DNA of 62,017 nt from Opitutales bacterium (GTDB taxonomy: Bacteria > Verrucomicrobiota > Verrucomicrobiia > Opitutales > JABDGR01). The position numbers were made by a program, and so were the translations under genes. The notes under the pieces are model-generated. The model saw only the letters and a list, made by a program, of their open reading frames with translations. It ran no database searches and had not been told where the DNA came from. The stretch lies in contig DASZWY010000136.1 in assembly GCA_035546135.1 (NCBI GenBank), positions 1 through 62,017 of the forward strand. Direction: 5' to 3'. Shown in pieces: positions 9,058-17,583 of the stretch (the first letter of the stretch is position 1; every line of letters begins with the position of its first letter).

Positions 9058-9512
9058 ATTTTCCGGCGCACATCCTCACGCAGGCCCAGAAGGGCGCGCG
9101 GCGCGTGGCGCACTGGAAGCGGACGTGCGGCCAGCTCGACGACGTGGGGCTGCTGGAGCAGCTCGAGGCGTGCGCGCCGGAGGAACTGGCGGCCGTCGTC
9201 CTGGAACTGGCGGCGTGCGCGTGCGCGATGCACCGCGACCGCGACCAGCGGCGCGAGAAGCGGGGCGAGGCGAACGTGGTGCTGGGCTGGCTGCGGCGCC
9301 GGCTGAACGACGTGACGACGGCGCGGCGGAATTTTTTGGCGGAACAGCCGGAGGTGCAGGCCGCGAACACGTTTCACCGGCTCGTGCACGCGGAACAGGG
9401 CGGCATGGGCGAATCCCACTTTGACCCGAACGGCGAATTTCCGGCGCCGGTTTCCGCTTTGGACACATCCCCAGGCAGCCCAGACCAATCGGTCGCAGAG
9501 ATTGGTGCTTAA
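9054..9512 (+). CDS. hypothetical protein
   Basis: ATGA-coupled to the upstream ORF. 152 aa. No motif recognised. Confidence 0.5.
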   Translation: MNFPAHILTQAQKGARRVAHWKRTCGQLDDVGLLEQLEACAPEELAAVVLELAACACAMHRDRDQRREKRGEANVVLGWLRRRLNDVTTARRNFLAEQPEVQAANTFHRLVHAEQGGMGESHFDPNGEFPAPVSALDTSPGSPDQSVAEIGA

Positions 9513-9553
9513 CCAAACCAGCCCAGCGCGCACACCCCTTTATTTTTTCTGCC

Positions 9554-9784
9554 ATGCCTCACGCCATCGACGAGCAGCCAGCCGAAGCCACCTGGACCAT
9601 CAGCGAAATCGCGGCGATGTTCAAGAAGGCAACCAAGACGGTTCGCGAATGGAAGGATGCCGGCGAGTTCAGTGAGGAAGGCGGCTACTTCATTCTGCCT
9701 GGCGGCGACTTTGCCATCACCGACAGCGCCCTGCGCGCGTTCATGCGCAAACGGCGCGTGCGAAAAGCCGCAAAGGGGGCGTGA
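9554..9784 (+). CDS. small HTH protein, excisionase/AlpA-like
   Basis: 76 aa. TWTISEIAAMFKKATKTVREWKDAGEF resembles the short HTH of excisionase/MerR-like (HTH_17) proteins. Confidence 0.55.
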   Translation: MPHAIDEQPAEATWTISEIAAMFKKATKTVREWKDAGEFSEEGGYFILPGGDFAITDSALRAFMRKRRVRKAAKGA

Positions 9785-9797
9785 TTTTTTTGCAAAA

Positions 9798-10547
9798 ATG
9801 AACAGCGCGCCGCCATCTTCCAATACCGGGCAAGCCCTGGTCATCACCGCCCCGAACGGGGGTGGCCGTGAGGGGGAATTTTTTATCGGCACCAAGGGCG
9901 AACGCGTGCAGCAATTGACGTTGTTAACGCTAGAGATGGCTAATGAGGTTGAGGCGCTGGAAAAAAGCCGGGCCATCTACACCGCCGACAGGTTATTGAG
10001 CGAGCGTCCCAAGGTTGCCCAATGGTGTCTCACGATGATTGCTGGCGACGTGCCGTGGCGCGTCATCACCGAGCTTACGCACGTCCACCATTACACGCTC
10101 GACGAGCTGGCCCGGCGGTTTCCGGCCGCTGTTGCTGACGAAAGGGCCTCCCTGGGGCGCAGATTTCGACTTGGGGCGCGCATCGCCCTCGAAAGGCTCA
10201 TCGACCGCCTGCCGCACATCCCCATCGAGGAGAGCGCGGACGCGCAACGGATGTCCATTGTGGCCGAAAAGCTGGCGGAAAAGGGGGAGTTACTTTTGGG
10301 CGGAGTGACGCAGCGAACAGAATCTGTCGTGGTCGATGAATGGCGCGAGCTGGCCGCTGTGCTGAAAGAGTTGCCTCGCGCGAATTCAATCGAAGCGCAA
10401 ATCGTCACAGAGACTGGTTCGTGCGGCCAAAAAAGCGCGCCCATTGTGGCGAACGCAGCGGGTCCGGTCCCCAACCTGGGCGGCGACGGTTTGCCGGCAA
10501 ACAAAACCGCGCAGGTGATTGATAATCAACCGGAAATCAATCGTTAA
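9798..10547 (+). CDS. hypothetical protein
   Basis: ATG 9798 (MNSAPPSSNTG) within track ORF 9657..10547. Possible HTH WRVITELTHVHHYTLDELARRF. Function unknown. Confidence 0.5.
   Translation: MNSAPPSSNTGQALVITAPNGGGREGEFFIGTKGERVQQLTLLTLEMANEVEALEKSRAIYTADRLLSERPKVAQWCLTMIAGDVPWRVITELTHVHHYTLDELARRFPAAVADERASLGRRFRLGARIALERLIDRLPHIPIEESADAQRMSIVAEKLAEKGELLLGGVTQRTESVVVDEWRELAAVLKELPRANSIEAQIVTETGSCGQKSAPIVANAAGPVPNLGGDGLPANKTAQVIDNQPEINR
10489..10502. repeat. GTTTGCCGGCAAAC palindrome, perfect copy (read as GLPAN)
   Basis: Read directly from the sequence. Confidence 0.95.
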
Positions 10548-10763
10548 TCATTGAATACCAATGACTTTTATTTACTCAATACGGTTTTTAATACGGTCAC
10601 ACCCCCGAATGCAGGCCGCGTGGCTATACAGGCGTGCAGCATTGTCTCGGTTCCTGGCCGAGGCTCAACAGAGGGGGGGAGGGGGTCGCCAAAACGCGCG
10701 CGGGGGGCGCGAATGCCCACGACCCACCGCCCGAAAAAAATTTACTCAAATGGGAGTCCGGCC

Positions 10764-11294
10764 ATGAACACACCAAACGACATTTCCGAAAAGGACCTCG
10801 CGGCGCTCCTCGGGATGCCGCGCAAAAAGCTGGCCGAGGCACGCACGAAGCTGACCAGCATAACGCACTACCGGCAACAAGGCCGGCTTATCATCTACAC
10901 CCCGGAAGGACAAGCCGCAGTGCAGGCCGCCCTGGTCAAGCCGAGCGAAAACAACACCCCCGCCGCGCCAGCCGACCCCGCCCAGGCGACCCCGCGCGCC
11001 GAAGCCACCGCGCCGCCACGGCTGCTCGTGAAGCCGACCGCAGGGCCGCGCCGCGCACAACTGACCTGCCTACGCACCTTCACCACGAACGAACGAATCC
11101 TCGAAGCCACGGAAGCCGGCAGCGCGACTGTCCTGCGCGTGCGCGTGCGCTCGAACAAGCAATTTCGACCCGGGATGCAATTCAGGGCGGTGCATCTCGA
11201 CGGCACCCTGTGGGCCCTCGACCAGGACTTGCCCCGCAGTCCGCGCGACAACCGTTTTTGGCCGAAAAAAACCACCCCGACGACTTCACCGTGA
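10764..11294 (+). CDS. hypothetical protein, possible N-terminal DNA-binding domain
   Basis: ATG 10764 (MNTPNDISEKDLAALLGMPRKKLAEARTKL) within track ORF 10551..11294. The upstream 216 bp look non-coding (AT-rich repeats). Confidence 0.5.
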   Translation: MNTPNDISEKDLAALLGMPRKKLAEARTKLTSITHYRQQGRLIIYTPEGQAAVQAALVKPSENNTPAAPADPAQATPRAEATAPPRLLVKPTAGPRRAQLTCLRTFTTNERILEATEAGSATVLRVRVRSNKQFRPGMQFRAVHLDGTLWALDQDLPRSPRDNRFWPKKTTPTTSP

Positions 11295-12013
11295 TTCTTA
11301 AAACCAGCTTCCCCAATCACCGCAAAGTTCGCGCCCTGCGCCGCATCACCGGCCGGGACGACAGCGTATTGTGCCTCCTCCGCTTATGGGCGTACGCCGA
11401 AGACAATTTGCGGCTGGAGTTCGACCTGACGCCGGACCAGCTGGAGGACATCTGCGAATGGGAAGGACAGGCCGGGGCGTTTTTCCGGGCGCTGGAACAG
11501 TGCGGCTGGATCGACGTGGATCCCGATGGGCGCTATTGGAGCGTGCATGCCTTCGCCGAGCACAACGGCCGGATGGTCGCCAACTGGACGCGCAACCCCA
11601 ACGGGCGACGCGGAACCCAAGGCGAAGCCAAAGAGAACCCACCCGGAACCCAAGGCGAAGCCACCCTGAACCCAAGGCGAAGCGGTTATATAGGTGATAG
11701 GGGTGATTTAGGAAAGGGATTAGGGGGATTGGGGCCGCAAGGCGGCAAAAAACGCTTTGTTCCCCCGACCCTTCAGGAATGGCGCGCTGAGGCTGTCCTG
11801 GTCGGCTGGAACAGCCCGAGCGACGTTAACGCAGCGTTTCACAGCTTCACCTCGAAGGGCTGGAAGGTCGGGCGTTCGCCGATGGTGAACTGGAAGTCGG
11901 CGGTGTGCACCTGCTTTGAACGTTGGCGCGGGGAAGGTGGGGTTGCGCAAAAAAACAGCCCCCCGACCGCAGAGCCAGGCACCGCCGCCGCCTTCGCCCA
12001 CACCGCGGACTGA
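11291..12013 (+). CDS. replication initiator/organizer-like protein (inferred)
   Basis: GTG start overlapping the upstream stop (GTGA). FPNHRKVRALRRITGRDDSVLCLLRLWAYAEDN and the C-terminal FHSFTSKGWKVGRSPMVNWKSAVCTCFERW resemble phage replisome-organizer/DnaD-like proteins (recalled). Its central linker carries the iteron cluster. Confidence 0.5.
   Translation: MILKTSFPNHRKVRALRRITGRDDSVLCLLRLWAYAEDNLRLEFDLTPDQLEDICEWEGQAGAFFRALEQCGWIDVDPDGRYWSVHAFAEHNGRMVANWTRNPNGRRGTQGEAKENPPGTQGEATLNPRRSGYIGDRGDLGKGLGGLGPQGGKKRFVPPTLQEWRAEAVLVGWNSPSDVNAAFHSFTSKGWKVGRSPMVNWKSAVCTCFERWRGEGGVAQKNSPPTAEPGTAAAFAHTAD
11612..11683. repeat. three in-phase iterons GAACCCAAGGCGAAGC (candidate phage origin)
   Basis: GGAACCCAAGGCGAAGCCA at 11612-11630 and 11645-11663. 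GAACCCAAGGCGAAGC at 11668-11683. The spacings are 33 and 22 bp. A locally AT-rich stretch with GGTGAT repeats follows (11686-11750). Confidence 0.6.
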
Positions 12014-12050
12014 CCGCATTTTTCCCAACCCACCGAACCCAAACAACACC

Positions 12051-13673
12051 ATGACCACCGCTACCCAGTCAGCCCCGCCCGCCGAGAATGCCAGCCGTTT
12101 GCCGGCAAACGCGGCGAAAAAAAGTCCGCCCCCCGCGCCGCAACTGCGGCAGATCCCGCTCGACTGCATCAAGCGGTCGCGCCTGAACCCGCGCAAGGAC
12201 TTCGACAAGGCCGCGCTCCAGGAGCTGGCCGACAGCATCCAGGCCAACGGCGTGTTGCAGCCCATCGTCGTGCGGCGCACCGAGAAGGGCGCGGAGTTCT
12301 ACGAAATCGTCATGGGCGAGCGCCGCCACCGCGCGGCGGAACTGGCCGGGCTGAAGGCGCTGCCGGCGGTGGTGCACGAGGAACTGGCCGACGCGGCCGC
12401 GCTGGAGATGGCGCTGGTGGAAAACTTGCAGCGGCGCGACATGAACGCGATGGAGGAGGCTGAAGGCTTCGCGCGCCTGCAAGAACTCATGGCGAAGGAG
12501 AGCGGCAAGAAGGTGACGCACGACGATTTGGCGGAACGCGTCGGCAAGGCCAGGCCCACGGTGACGAATGCCCTGCGCCTGACCGAATTGTCCGAGGACG
12601 TGCGCGAAACCATCCGCACCGGCAAATTGACCGCGGCGCACGGCCTGGCCTTGTTGAAGTTCAACGCGTGGCCCAAAGTGGTTCAGCTCATTGCCAAACT
12701 CATTTTGACGGAGCACGTCACCGCGGGCCAACTGGAAAAAAATCTGCCTTACGACGTGCGCCGGGCGCTGGACCAGTCGAGGCTGCTATTTGACTGCAAC
12801 GGTTACGAATTCGAAGACCATGACTGGGTAGCCGCGCAAAAGAAAAATCCGGAGAAATTCATTTCGCTGGGCGACACGCTCTATTGCGCCGACGTTCCGT
12901 GGGGCAAACAGCAGATGGCGGAGGCGGAAAAGGCGCGCGCGGCCGCCGCAAAAGCCGCGGCGGAAAAACTCGGTAAGGAAACAGGCAAAAAGGGGAAAGT
13001 CCTCGACCTAGACAAGCTTGAATATGCCGACCGGAAAAAGTGGACCGCTTTGTCGGAGGTGCCCGGCAATTTGCGCGGAGAAATTCCCGTGGAGGTCAAA
13101 TGCGCGGCGACCGAACAATACACCAATAGCGGGAAACCGTTTACGGTCATTCCAACCGGTCTAGCCAATACATTAAAGGCAAAGGCCAATCGCGCCAAAA
13201 CCGGCAAGTTGCGGGCGGAGTCCCAGGTCGTTTTTGCCTGCATTGAAAAGACCTGGGGCGCGACAACGATTTTCGATGGCGCTGCCGCGCTGAAGGACAG
13301 CGCCCTGGTGGTCATGGCGCATGAAATCCTCGGACGCTACTCCGGCAAAATGATCGAAACGGCGGCGGGTGAACTCGGCTTGACGGTCGAACGCGCCGTG
13401 ACAAGCGCGGGCTATGCCTCGGGTGCATACGGCGGCGAAAACAAAGTCCTCGATGCGTTGATGAAACTGGGCGGCCGCAACGCGGTTCGCCTGGCACTAC
13501 GGGTCGTGTTCAACAAGGAAGTCAGCAACGCGCTGGCCTACAAACATGAAAAAATGCCCGCGCGCGTGGAATGGTTCACGGCGAAGGCCGGCGCGGCGCG
13601 CTACCGCAAGGAAGCGGAAAAGCAAGTAAGCGACATCCTCGATTCCGCCAAGAAAGGGGCGAAGAAAAAATGA
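12051..13673 (+). CDS. ParB-family (ParB/Noc/KorB-like) DNA-binding protein, orphan (no ParA)
   Basis: Box I LQELADSIQANGVLQPIVV. Box II EIVMGERRHRAAELAG (GERRxRA CTP-binding motif). HTH THDDLAERVGKARPTVTNALRLTEL. ATG 12051. The ~340-aa C-terminal extension has no motifs I recognise. Confidence 0.85.
   Translation: MTTATQSAPPAENASRLPANAAKKSPPPAPQLRQIPLDCIKRSRLNPRKDFDKAALQELADSIQANGVLQPIVVRRTEKGAEFYEIVMGERRHRAAELAGLKALPAVVHEELADAAALEMALVENLQRRDMNAMEEAEGFARLQELMAKESGKKVTHDDLAERVGKARPTVTNALRLTELSEDVRETIRTGKLTAAHGLALLKFNAWPKVVQLIAKLILTEHVTAGQLEKNLPYDVRRALDQSRLLFDCNGYEFEDHDWVAAQKKNPEKFISLGDTLYCADVPWGKQQMAEAEKARAAAAKAAAEKLGKETGKKGKVLDLDKLEYADRKKWTALSEVPGNLRGEIPVEVKCAATEQYTNSGKPFTVIPTGLANTLKAKANRAKTGKLRAESQVVFACIEKTWGATTIFDGAAALKDSALVVMAHEILGRYSGKMIETAAGELGLTVERAVTSAGYASGAYGGENKVLDALMKLGGRNAVRLALRVVFNKEVSNALAYKHEKMPARVEWFTAKAGAARYRKEAEKQVSDILDSAKKGAKKK
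12097..12110. repeat. GTTTGCCGGCAAAC palindrome, perfect copy (codons 16-20 of the ParB-like gene, RLPAN)
   Basis: Read directly from the sequence. Confidence 0.95.
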
Positions 13674-14047
13674 ACGGCCTGGCCAAACAGTTGAAGCTGC
13701 AGCGGCTGCGCCTGATGGACCCGGCGCGGGCGGTGGAACGCGTCACCGAGTTGCAGGACGGCGTGGCGGAATTGGAAATGCTGGCCGCCCTGGCGAAGAA
13801 GGCGAACAAGCGCATGGCGGCGATGCTGCGGGCGCGGCGCGTGGCCGCGGGCATCAGCGAGTCGCAGTTCTGCCAGGTGTTGGGCCTGACGCGCGAGCAG
13901 CTCCACGCGCTGGAATTTGGCGCGGAGGCATGGACGCCGAGCGCGGCGCGAATGTACGCGCAGGCCTGCGAGGCCAACTACCGCCCGAAAATCCGCAAAA
14001 CGCCGGAGGCCGCGCCGGCCCCGGCCATCCAGGAGGGCGCAGCATGA
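13670..14047 (+). CDS. XRE-like HTH protein
   Basis: ATGA overlap with the ParB-like stop. ISESQFCQVLGLTREQLHALEFG is an XRE-type HTH. Confidence 0.55.
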   Translation: MNGLAKQLKLQRLRLMDPARAVERVTELQDGVAELEMLAALAKKANKRMAAMLRARRVAAGISESQFCQVLGLTREQLHALEFGAEAWTPSAARMYAQACEANYRPKIRKTPEAAPAPAIQEGAA

Positions 14048-14205
14048 ATCCCCTGAGAGAATGCAGCACAGGCGCAATGATAGTATTATTGCCCTATCAC
14101 GAGAGCGTAAACTCGAGCGTAAGCCTTTACGGGCTACCTAGGCGGCCGGCACGCAGCACAGAAGGCAAAACGCAGGCGCGTACTACTGCATTCTCTCAGG
14201 GGATT
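14047..14205. repeat. 159-bp element bounded by a perfect 20-bp inverted repeat
   Basis: AATCCCCTGAGAGAATGCAG (14047-14066) is the exact reverse complement of CTGCATTCTCTCAGGGGATT (14186-14205). The 119-nt interior is AT-richer, with small internal hairpins and a duplicated GCAGCACAG. It fills the largest non-coding gap of the replication module. Confidence 0.7.
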
Positions 14206-14228
14206 TGTGAGCAAGAAAGGAGCCGCGC

Positions 14229-14636
14229 ATGAAAGGCCTTTCCGTCAGACAGCCCTGGGCGACGTTGATTCTGCGCGCCGGGAAAGATATCGAAAACCGC
14301 ACGTGGCCAACGAGGGCGCGGGGTTGGGTGCTGTTGCACGCGTTCCAGGACGCCGGTGATTTCATGGCCATGCACTGTCTTTCATGGTGCGGACTCGCGC
14401 CAGTTGAATTTCCGAAAGGCGCGATTCTGGGCGCAATGAAGATTGACGGCTGCGTTACTGAGTCGAAGTCGCCGTGGTTTGTCGGCCCCTATGGCTACAT
14501 CATCGCCGAGACGCGTATTTTTGCCAAGCCGATCCCCTATACCGGCGCACTTGGCTTTTTCAACGTCGAGCTTTCGCCCGAACTCGGCGTCCAGATTCAA
14601 CTCGCCAATCTTCACAACATCAGGTGGGCCGCATGA
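14229..14636 (+). CDS. ASCH (PUA-like) domain protein
   Basis: LSVRQPWATLILRAGKDIENRTW is the N-terminal ASCH signature. AAGGAG Shine-Dalgarno at 14217-14222. Confidence 0.75.
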   Translation: MKGLSVRQPWATLILRAGKDIENRTWPTRARGWVLLHAFQDAGDFMAMHCLSWCGLAPVEFPKGAILGAMKIDGCVTESKSPWFVGPYGYIIAETRIFAKPIPYTGALGFFNVELSPELGVQIQLANLHNIRWAA

Positions 14637-14848
14637 AAACGAAAAAGCGCAAACGGATTTGCTCTGCCTGCGGCGTCAAGGAAGCCCAGGGGAAAGGCTT
14701 TGCCTACGCGCATTTGTGCCTGAGGTGCCGCAACACCGAGGAGGAGCTGGACGGCCAGCGGCGCGAACACTTCGTGCCCAAAGACGACTTTTCGGCCACC
14801 GGCTGTTACCACACCAAAAAATTTCAACTCCAGGAGGATGCTCGGTGA
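14633..14848 (+). CDS. small zinc-ribbon protein
   Basis: ATGA overlap with the ASCH stop. Two CxxC pairs (CSAC and CLRC). 71 aa. Confidence 0.5.
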   Translation: MKTKKRKRICSACGVKEAQGKGFAYAHLCLRCRNTEEELDGQRREHFVPKDDFSATGCYHTKKFQLQEDAR

Positions 14849-15096
14849 AAAATCCACGACTGGCCGAATTCTACCGACAGCTCCGCGCGCGCGGGGAAAC
14901 GACGGCGACGCTCGCGGCCAAAATCGGCCGCAGCCGGGTGCACCTGACGCACATTTTCAACGGCAGCAAGCGCGGGCGCTTCACGTGGCAGGTGCTGTAT
15001 CCGTTGCTCACCGAAAAAGAGTTGTCCCTTTTATTACAATGTTCCGCGTGGAACGGCACAGACGGCAAACCGCTTGCGCAAAAGGCCACACGATGA
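14845..15096 (+). CDS. small HTH protein
   Basis: GTGA overlap with the upstream stop. AGGAGGA lies 7 nt upstream. HTH-like TTATLAAKIGRSRVHLTHIFNG. The competing frame (ATG 14838) gives Arg-rich low-complexity sequence. Confidence 0.5.
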   Translation: MKNPRLAEFYRQLRARGETTATLAAKIGRSRVHLTHIFNGSKRGRFTWQVLYPLLTEKELSLLLQCSAWNGTDGKPLAQKATR

Positions 15097-17225
15097 TTTA
15101 CGACGCCAAAGAGGTCAACCGCCGGCTCGCGCAGGAAATTGCGCGGTTCTGTTTTGAATTTCTAAGTTCTGGGCGCCGGGAAGGGCGGCAATGGAAGGTG
15201 TGCGACGTGAGCAATTCACCGCAGCCGGGCAAGGGCAACGATTCATTGGTCATTGACCTGGAAGGCGGCAAGCAAGGCGTGTGGTGCGATTTCGGCAACA
15301 ACAACCAGACGGGCAGCCCGCTCGACCTGTGGATGGCCGTGCGCGGCTGCGATTTCAAAACGGCACTCCGGCAAGCGAAAGACTGGCTGGGCCTGAAGGA
15401 AACCGGCGACGCGCCCGGCGAATTTCACCGCGCCACGGCGCGGCCAACTGAGACCCCGGCGAGCGAGCCCAAGGCCATCCGCGAAGACTGGGCACCCATT
15501 AAAGAGGGCAGCCGCGCATGGAAATACCTCACAGAAGTGCGCGGGATTGCCGGTGCGGTGCTGAAAAAATACCGCGTCGGCGAGGGCGATTTCTGGTTCG
15601 GTGAGGTCAATGCCAGCGTGCCCGGCATCGCCTTTCCGGCCTACGATGCGAGCGGCAAACGGCTGCTGATGGTCAAGTACCTCGCGCTGGACCGGCCAGC
15701 CGGCAAAAAGATGACGCGGTCGAACAAGGACGCGGTGTACCACCTCATTGGCATGCACGCGTGCAACCCGAGCAAGGGCAAGCTGGTGCTGTGCGAAGGC
15801 GAGATCGACATGCTGACCGCCGCGACGGCGGGCTACGAAGCGGTGAGCGTGCCGTTTGGCGCGAAAGGCAACAGCCCGGATGGGCGCACCAACCGCGGCA
15901 ATGCGTGGATTGAGGTCGATTGGGACTGGCTCCAGCTTTGGAACGACATTCTGCTGGCCTACGACAACGACGAGCAGGGCCACGAGGCCGTGGCGGCCGT
16001 CAAAACGCGGCTGGGCGTGGACCGCTGCCTGTTCCTGGACTGGAGGGAAGTGGACGGCAAGGACCTCAACGAAGTGCATACCCGCAGCGAGGACGAACAC
16101 CTCGAACAGGGCAGCGATGTTAAAAAACTGCTGGAACGCGCCCGCGCCGAAGACCCGGAAGCGTTCAAGCGCACGCGCGATTATGAGGCGGATATTTGGG
16201 AGGAATTTTACCCGAGCAGCGGCCAGGAGCCGGGTTATGCGCCGCCGTGGGCGATGCCCTTCCGCTTCCGGCCCAACCAGGTGACGGTCTGGACCGGCTA
16301 CAGCAAGCACGGCAAGACCATTTGCCTCAGCTACGTGCTCGTTTACCTCGGCAGCCTGGGCGCGCGCGCGTGCATCTACAGCGGCGAAGTCAAGGCGCGG
16401 AAGACGCTCAAAAACGCCATGCGGCAAGTGATGGGCCGCGCCAAGCCGCAAAAACCAACGGCAGACGGCCAGGGCTTTGAACCCGACCGCGAACTGTTCG
16501 AGCGCGCGATAGCGTGGATGGACAACGTGTTTTTCATCTACGACCGCCTCGGCAGCGTGAAGCTCGATGACGTGCTCGCCGTATTCGGCTACGCCGCGCG
16601 GCGCTACGGCGTCACCCAGTTCGCCATCGACAGCCTGATGAAGCTGGACGACGTCCACGAGGACGACAACGACAGCCAGAAAATCGTCATGAACAAGCTG
16701 ACGGATTTTGCGGCGCGGTTTCCCGGCGCGCACGTCCACCTGGTGGCGCATTCGAAAAAGCCCGGCGAAAAGCGGCCGGAGACCCGGTATTGGCCGCAAA
16801 AGCACGACGTGCTCGGCAGCGTCCACATCACCAACCTGCCGCACAACGTGGTTTGCGTGTACCGCAACGTGAACAAGGAGATGCAGCTCGAACTCCCCAC
16901 CACGACCGAGGAGGAGCGCGAGGCCATTGCGAAACAATACGACGCGCTTTTCATCGTGCAGGCCCAGCGCGAAGGCGAGGGCGACCTGCCCATCCGGCAG
17001 CTGTGGTTCGATGTCGGCGCGAGCTGGCAGTATTTCGAGCGCGACGGCGAAAACCCGCGGGTCTTCTGCGACGGCGGCCAATTCCTGCCCGGCGCCGGCG
17101 CAAACCTCGCGCGCGCGGCGCTGGCCGCGCCGCCGCCGAAAGTGCACGGCCCCGCGAGCGCGCAGGCCGTGCTCGGCGGATTGGATGAGGCCGCGAAGAA
17201 AACCCCACGAACCTTCCAGCATTAA
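15093..17225 (+). CDS. bifunctional DNA primase (TOPRIM) / DnaB-like replicative helicase
   Basis: TOPRIM motifs LVLCEGEIDMLTA and LLAYDNDEQG. Helicase Walker A GYSKHGKT and Walker B FAIDSLMKLDD. Architecture is T7 gp4-like. ATG 15093 overlaps the upstream stop. Confidence 0.85.
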   Translation: MIYDAKEVNRRLAQEIARFCFEFLSSGRREGRQWKVCDVSNSPQPGKGNDSLVIDLEGGKQGVWCDFGNNNQTGSPLDLWMAVRGCDFKTALRQAKDWLGLKETGDAPGEFHRATARPTETPASEPKAIREDWAPIKEGSRAWKYLTEVRGIAGAVLKKYRVGEGDFWFGEVNASVPGIAFPAYDASGKRLLMVKYLALDRPAGKKMTRSNKDAVYHLIGMHACNPSKGKLVLCEGEIDMLTAATAGYEAVSVPFGAKGNSPDGRTNRGNAWIEVDWDWLQLWNDILLAYDNDEQGHEAVAAVKTRLGVDRCLFLDWREVDGKDLNEVHTRSEDEHLEQGSDVKKLLERARAEDPEAFKRTRDYEADIWEEFYPSSGQEPGYAPPWAMPFRFRPNQVTVWTGYSKHGKTICLSYVLVYLGSLGARACIYSGEVKARKTLKNAMRQVMGRAKPQKPTADGQGFEPDRELFERAIAWMDNVFFIYDRLGSVKLDDVLAVFGYAARRYGVTQFAIDSLMKLDDVHEDDNDSQKIVMNKLTDFAARFPGAHVHLVAHSKKPGEKRPETRYWPQKHDVLGSVHITNLPHNVVCVYRNVNKEMQLELPTTTEEEREAIAKQYDALFIVQAQREGEGDLPIRQLWFDVGASWQYFERDGENPRVFCDGGQFLPGAGANLARAALAAPPPKVHGPASAQAVLGGLDEAAKKTPRTFQH

Positions 17226-17252
17226 CCGTCCTGAGGACACAACCCAAACACC

Positions 17253-17564
17253 ATGAAAATCATCACCGCCGGCCACAAATACGAACTCGCCAATCTCGCG
17301 AGCGACACCACGCAAACGCTGCAATTCGTCGAGAAGCAACCCATTCCGGGCGACCCGTCCGGAAAATTGCAGACCGTCACGGACGGCACCACCAACGAGG
17401 AGGTGCTGCAAGTGCTGATTGACCGCATGAAATTCCTGCAAGGCAAAGTGGCCTGCCCGGAAAACGCCAAGGCCATCGGCGCGCTGGAGCAGGCGCTCTT
17501 GTGGCTGCGCAACCGCACCGCCCATCGGCAGGCGCGCAGCGTCGAAGGCACCAGCCGCGCCTAA
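17253..17564 (+). CDS. hypothetical protein (conserved-looking small phage protein)
   Basis: 103 aa. TTNEEVLQVLIDRMKFLQ and ALEQALLWLRNRTAHRQARSVEGT look like a recurrent phage family whose name I cannot recall. Confidence 0.6.
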   Translation: MKIITAGHKYELANLASDTTQTLQFVEKQPIPGDPSGKLQTVTDGTTNEEVLQVLIDRMKFLQGKVACPENAKAIGALEQALLWLRNRTAHRQARSVEGTSRA

Positions 17565-17583
17565 CTTTCAACCATTGCCCCCC

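Noticed and set aside
12051-13673. Classical parABS plasmid-partition cassette (plasmid prophage).
   Set aside because: There is no ParA-type ATPase, and the element is integrated with clear att repeats and an integrase. The palindromes are dispersed rather than clustered as a centromere.
14047-14205. Retron msr/msd-like ncRNA (flanking inverted repeats).
   Set aside because: No reverse transcriptase gene is present next to it or anywhere in the element.
14838-15092. N-terminal extension of the primase-helicase ORF from ATG 14838.
   Set aside because: The extension translates to Arg-rich low-complexity sequence. The overlapping frame encodes a plausible HTH protein (14845-15096), and ATG 15093 is ATGA-coupled to its stop.
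15243-17525. 760-aa ORF antisense to the primase-helicase gene. Similar long antisense or out-of-frame ORFs occur at 36543-38327, 41058-43112, 43137-46064, 46215-48422, 19500-20576, 27944-29122 and 30597-32252.
   Set aside because: These are typical high-GC artefacts: Arg/Ala/Gly/His-rich translations with no motifs. The opposite or alternative frame carries clear catalytic motifs and coupled start/stop junctions.
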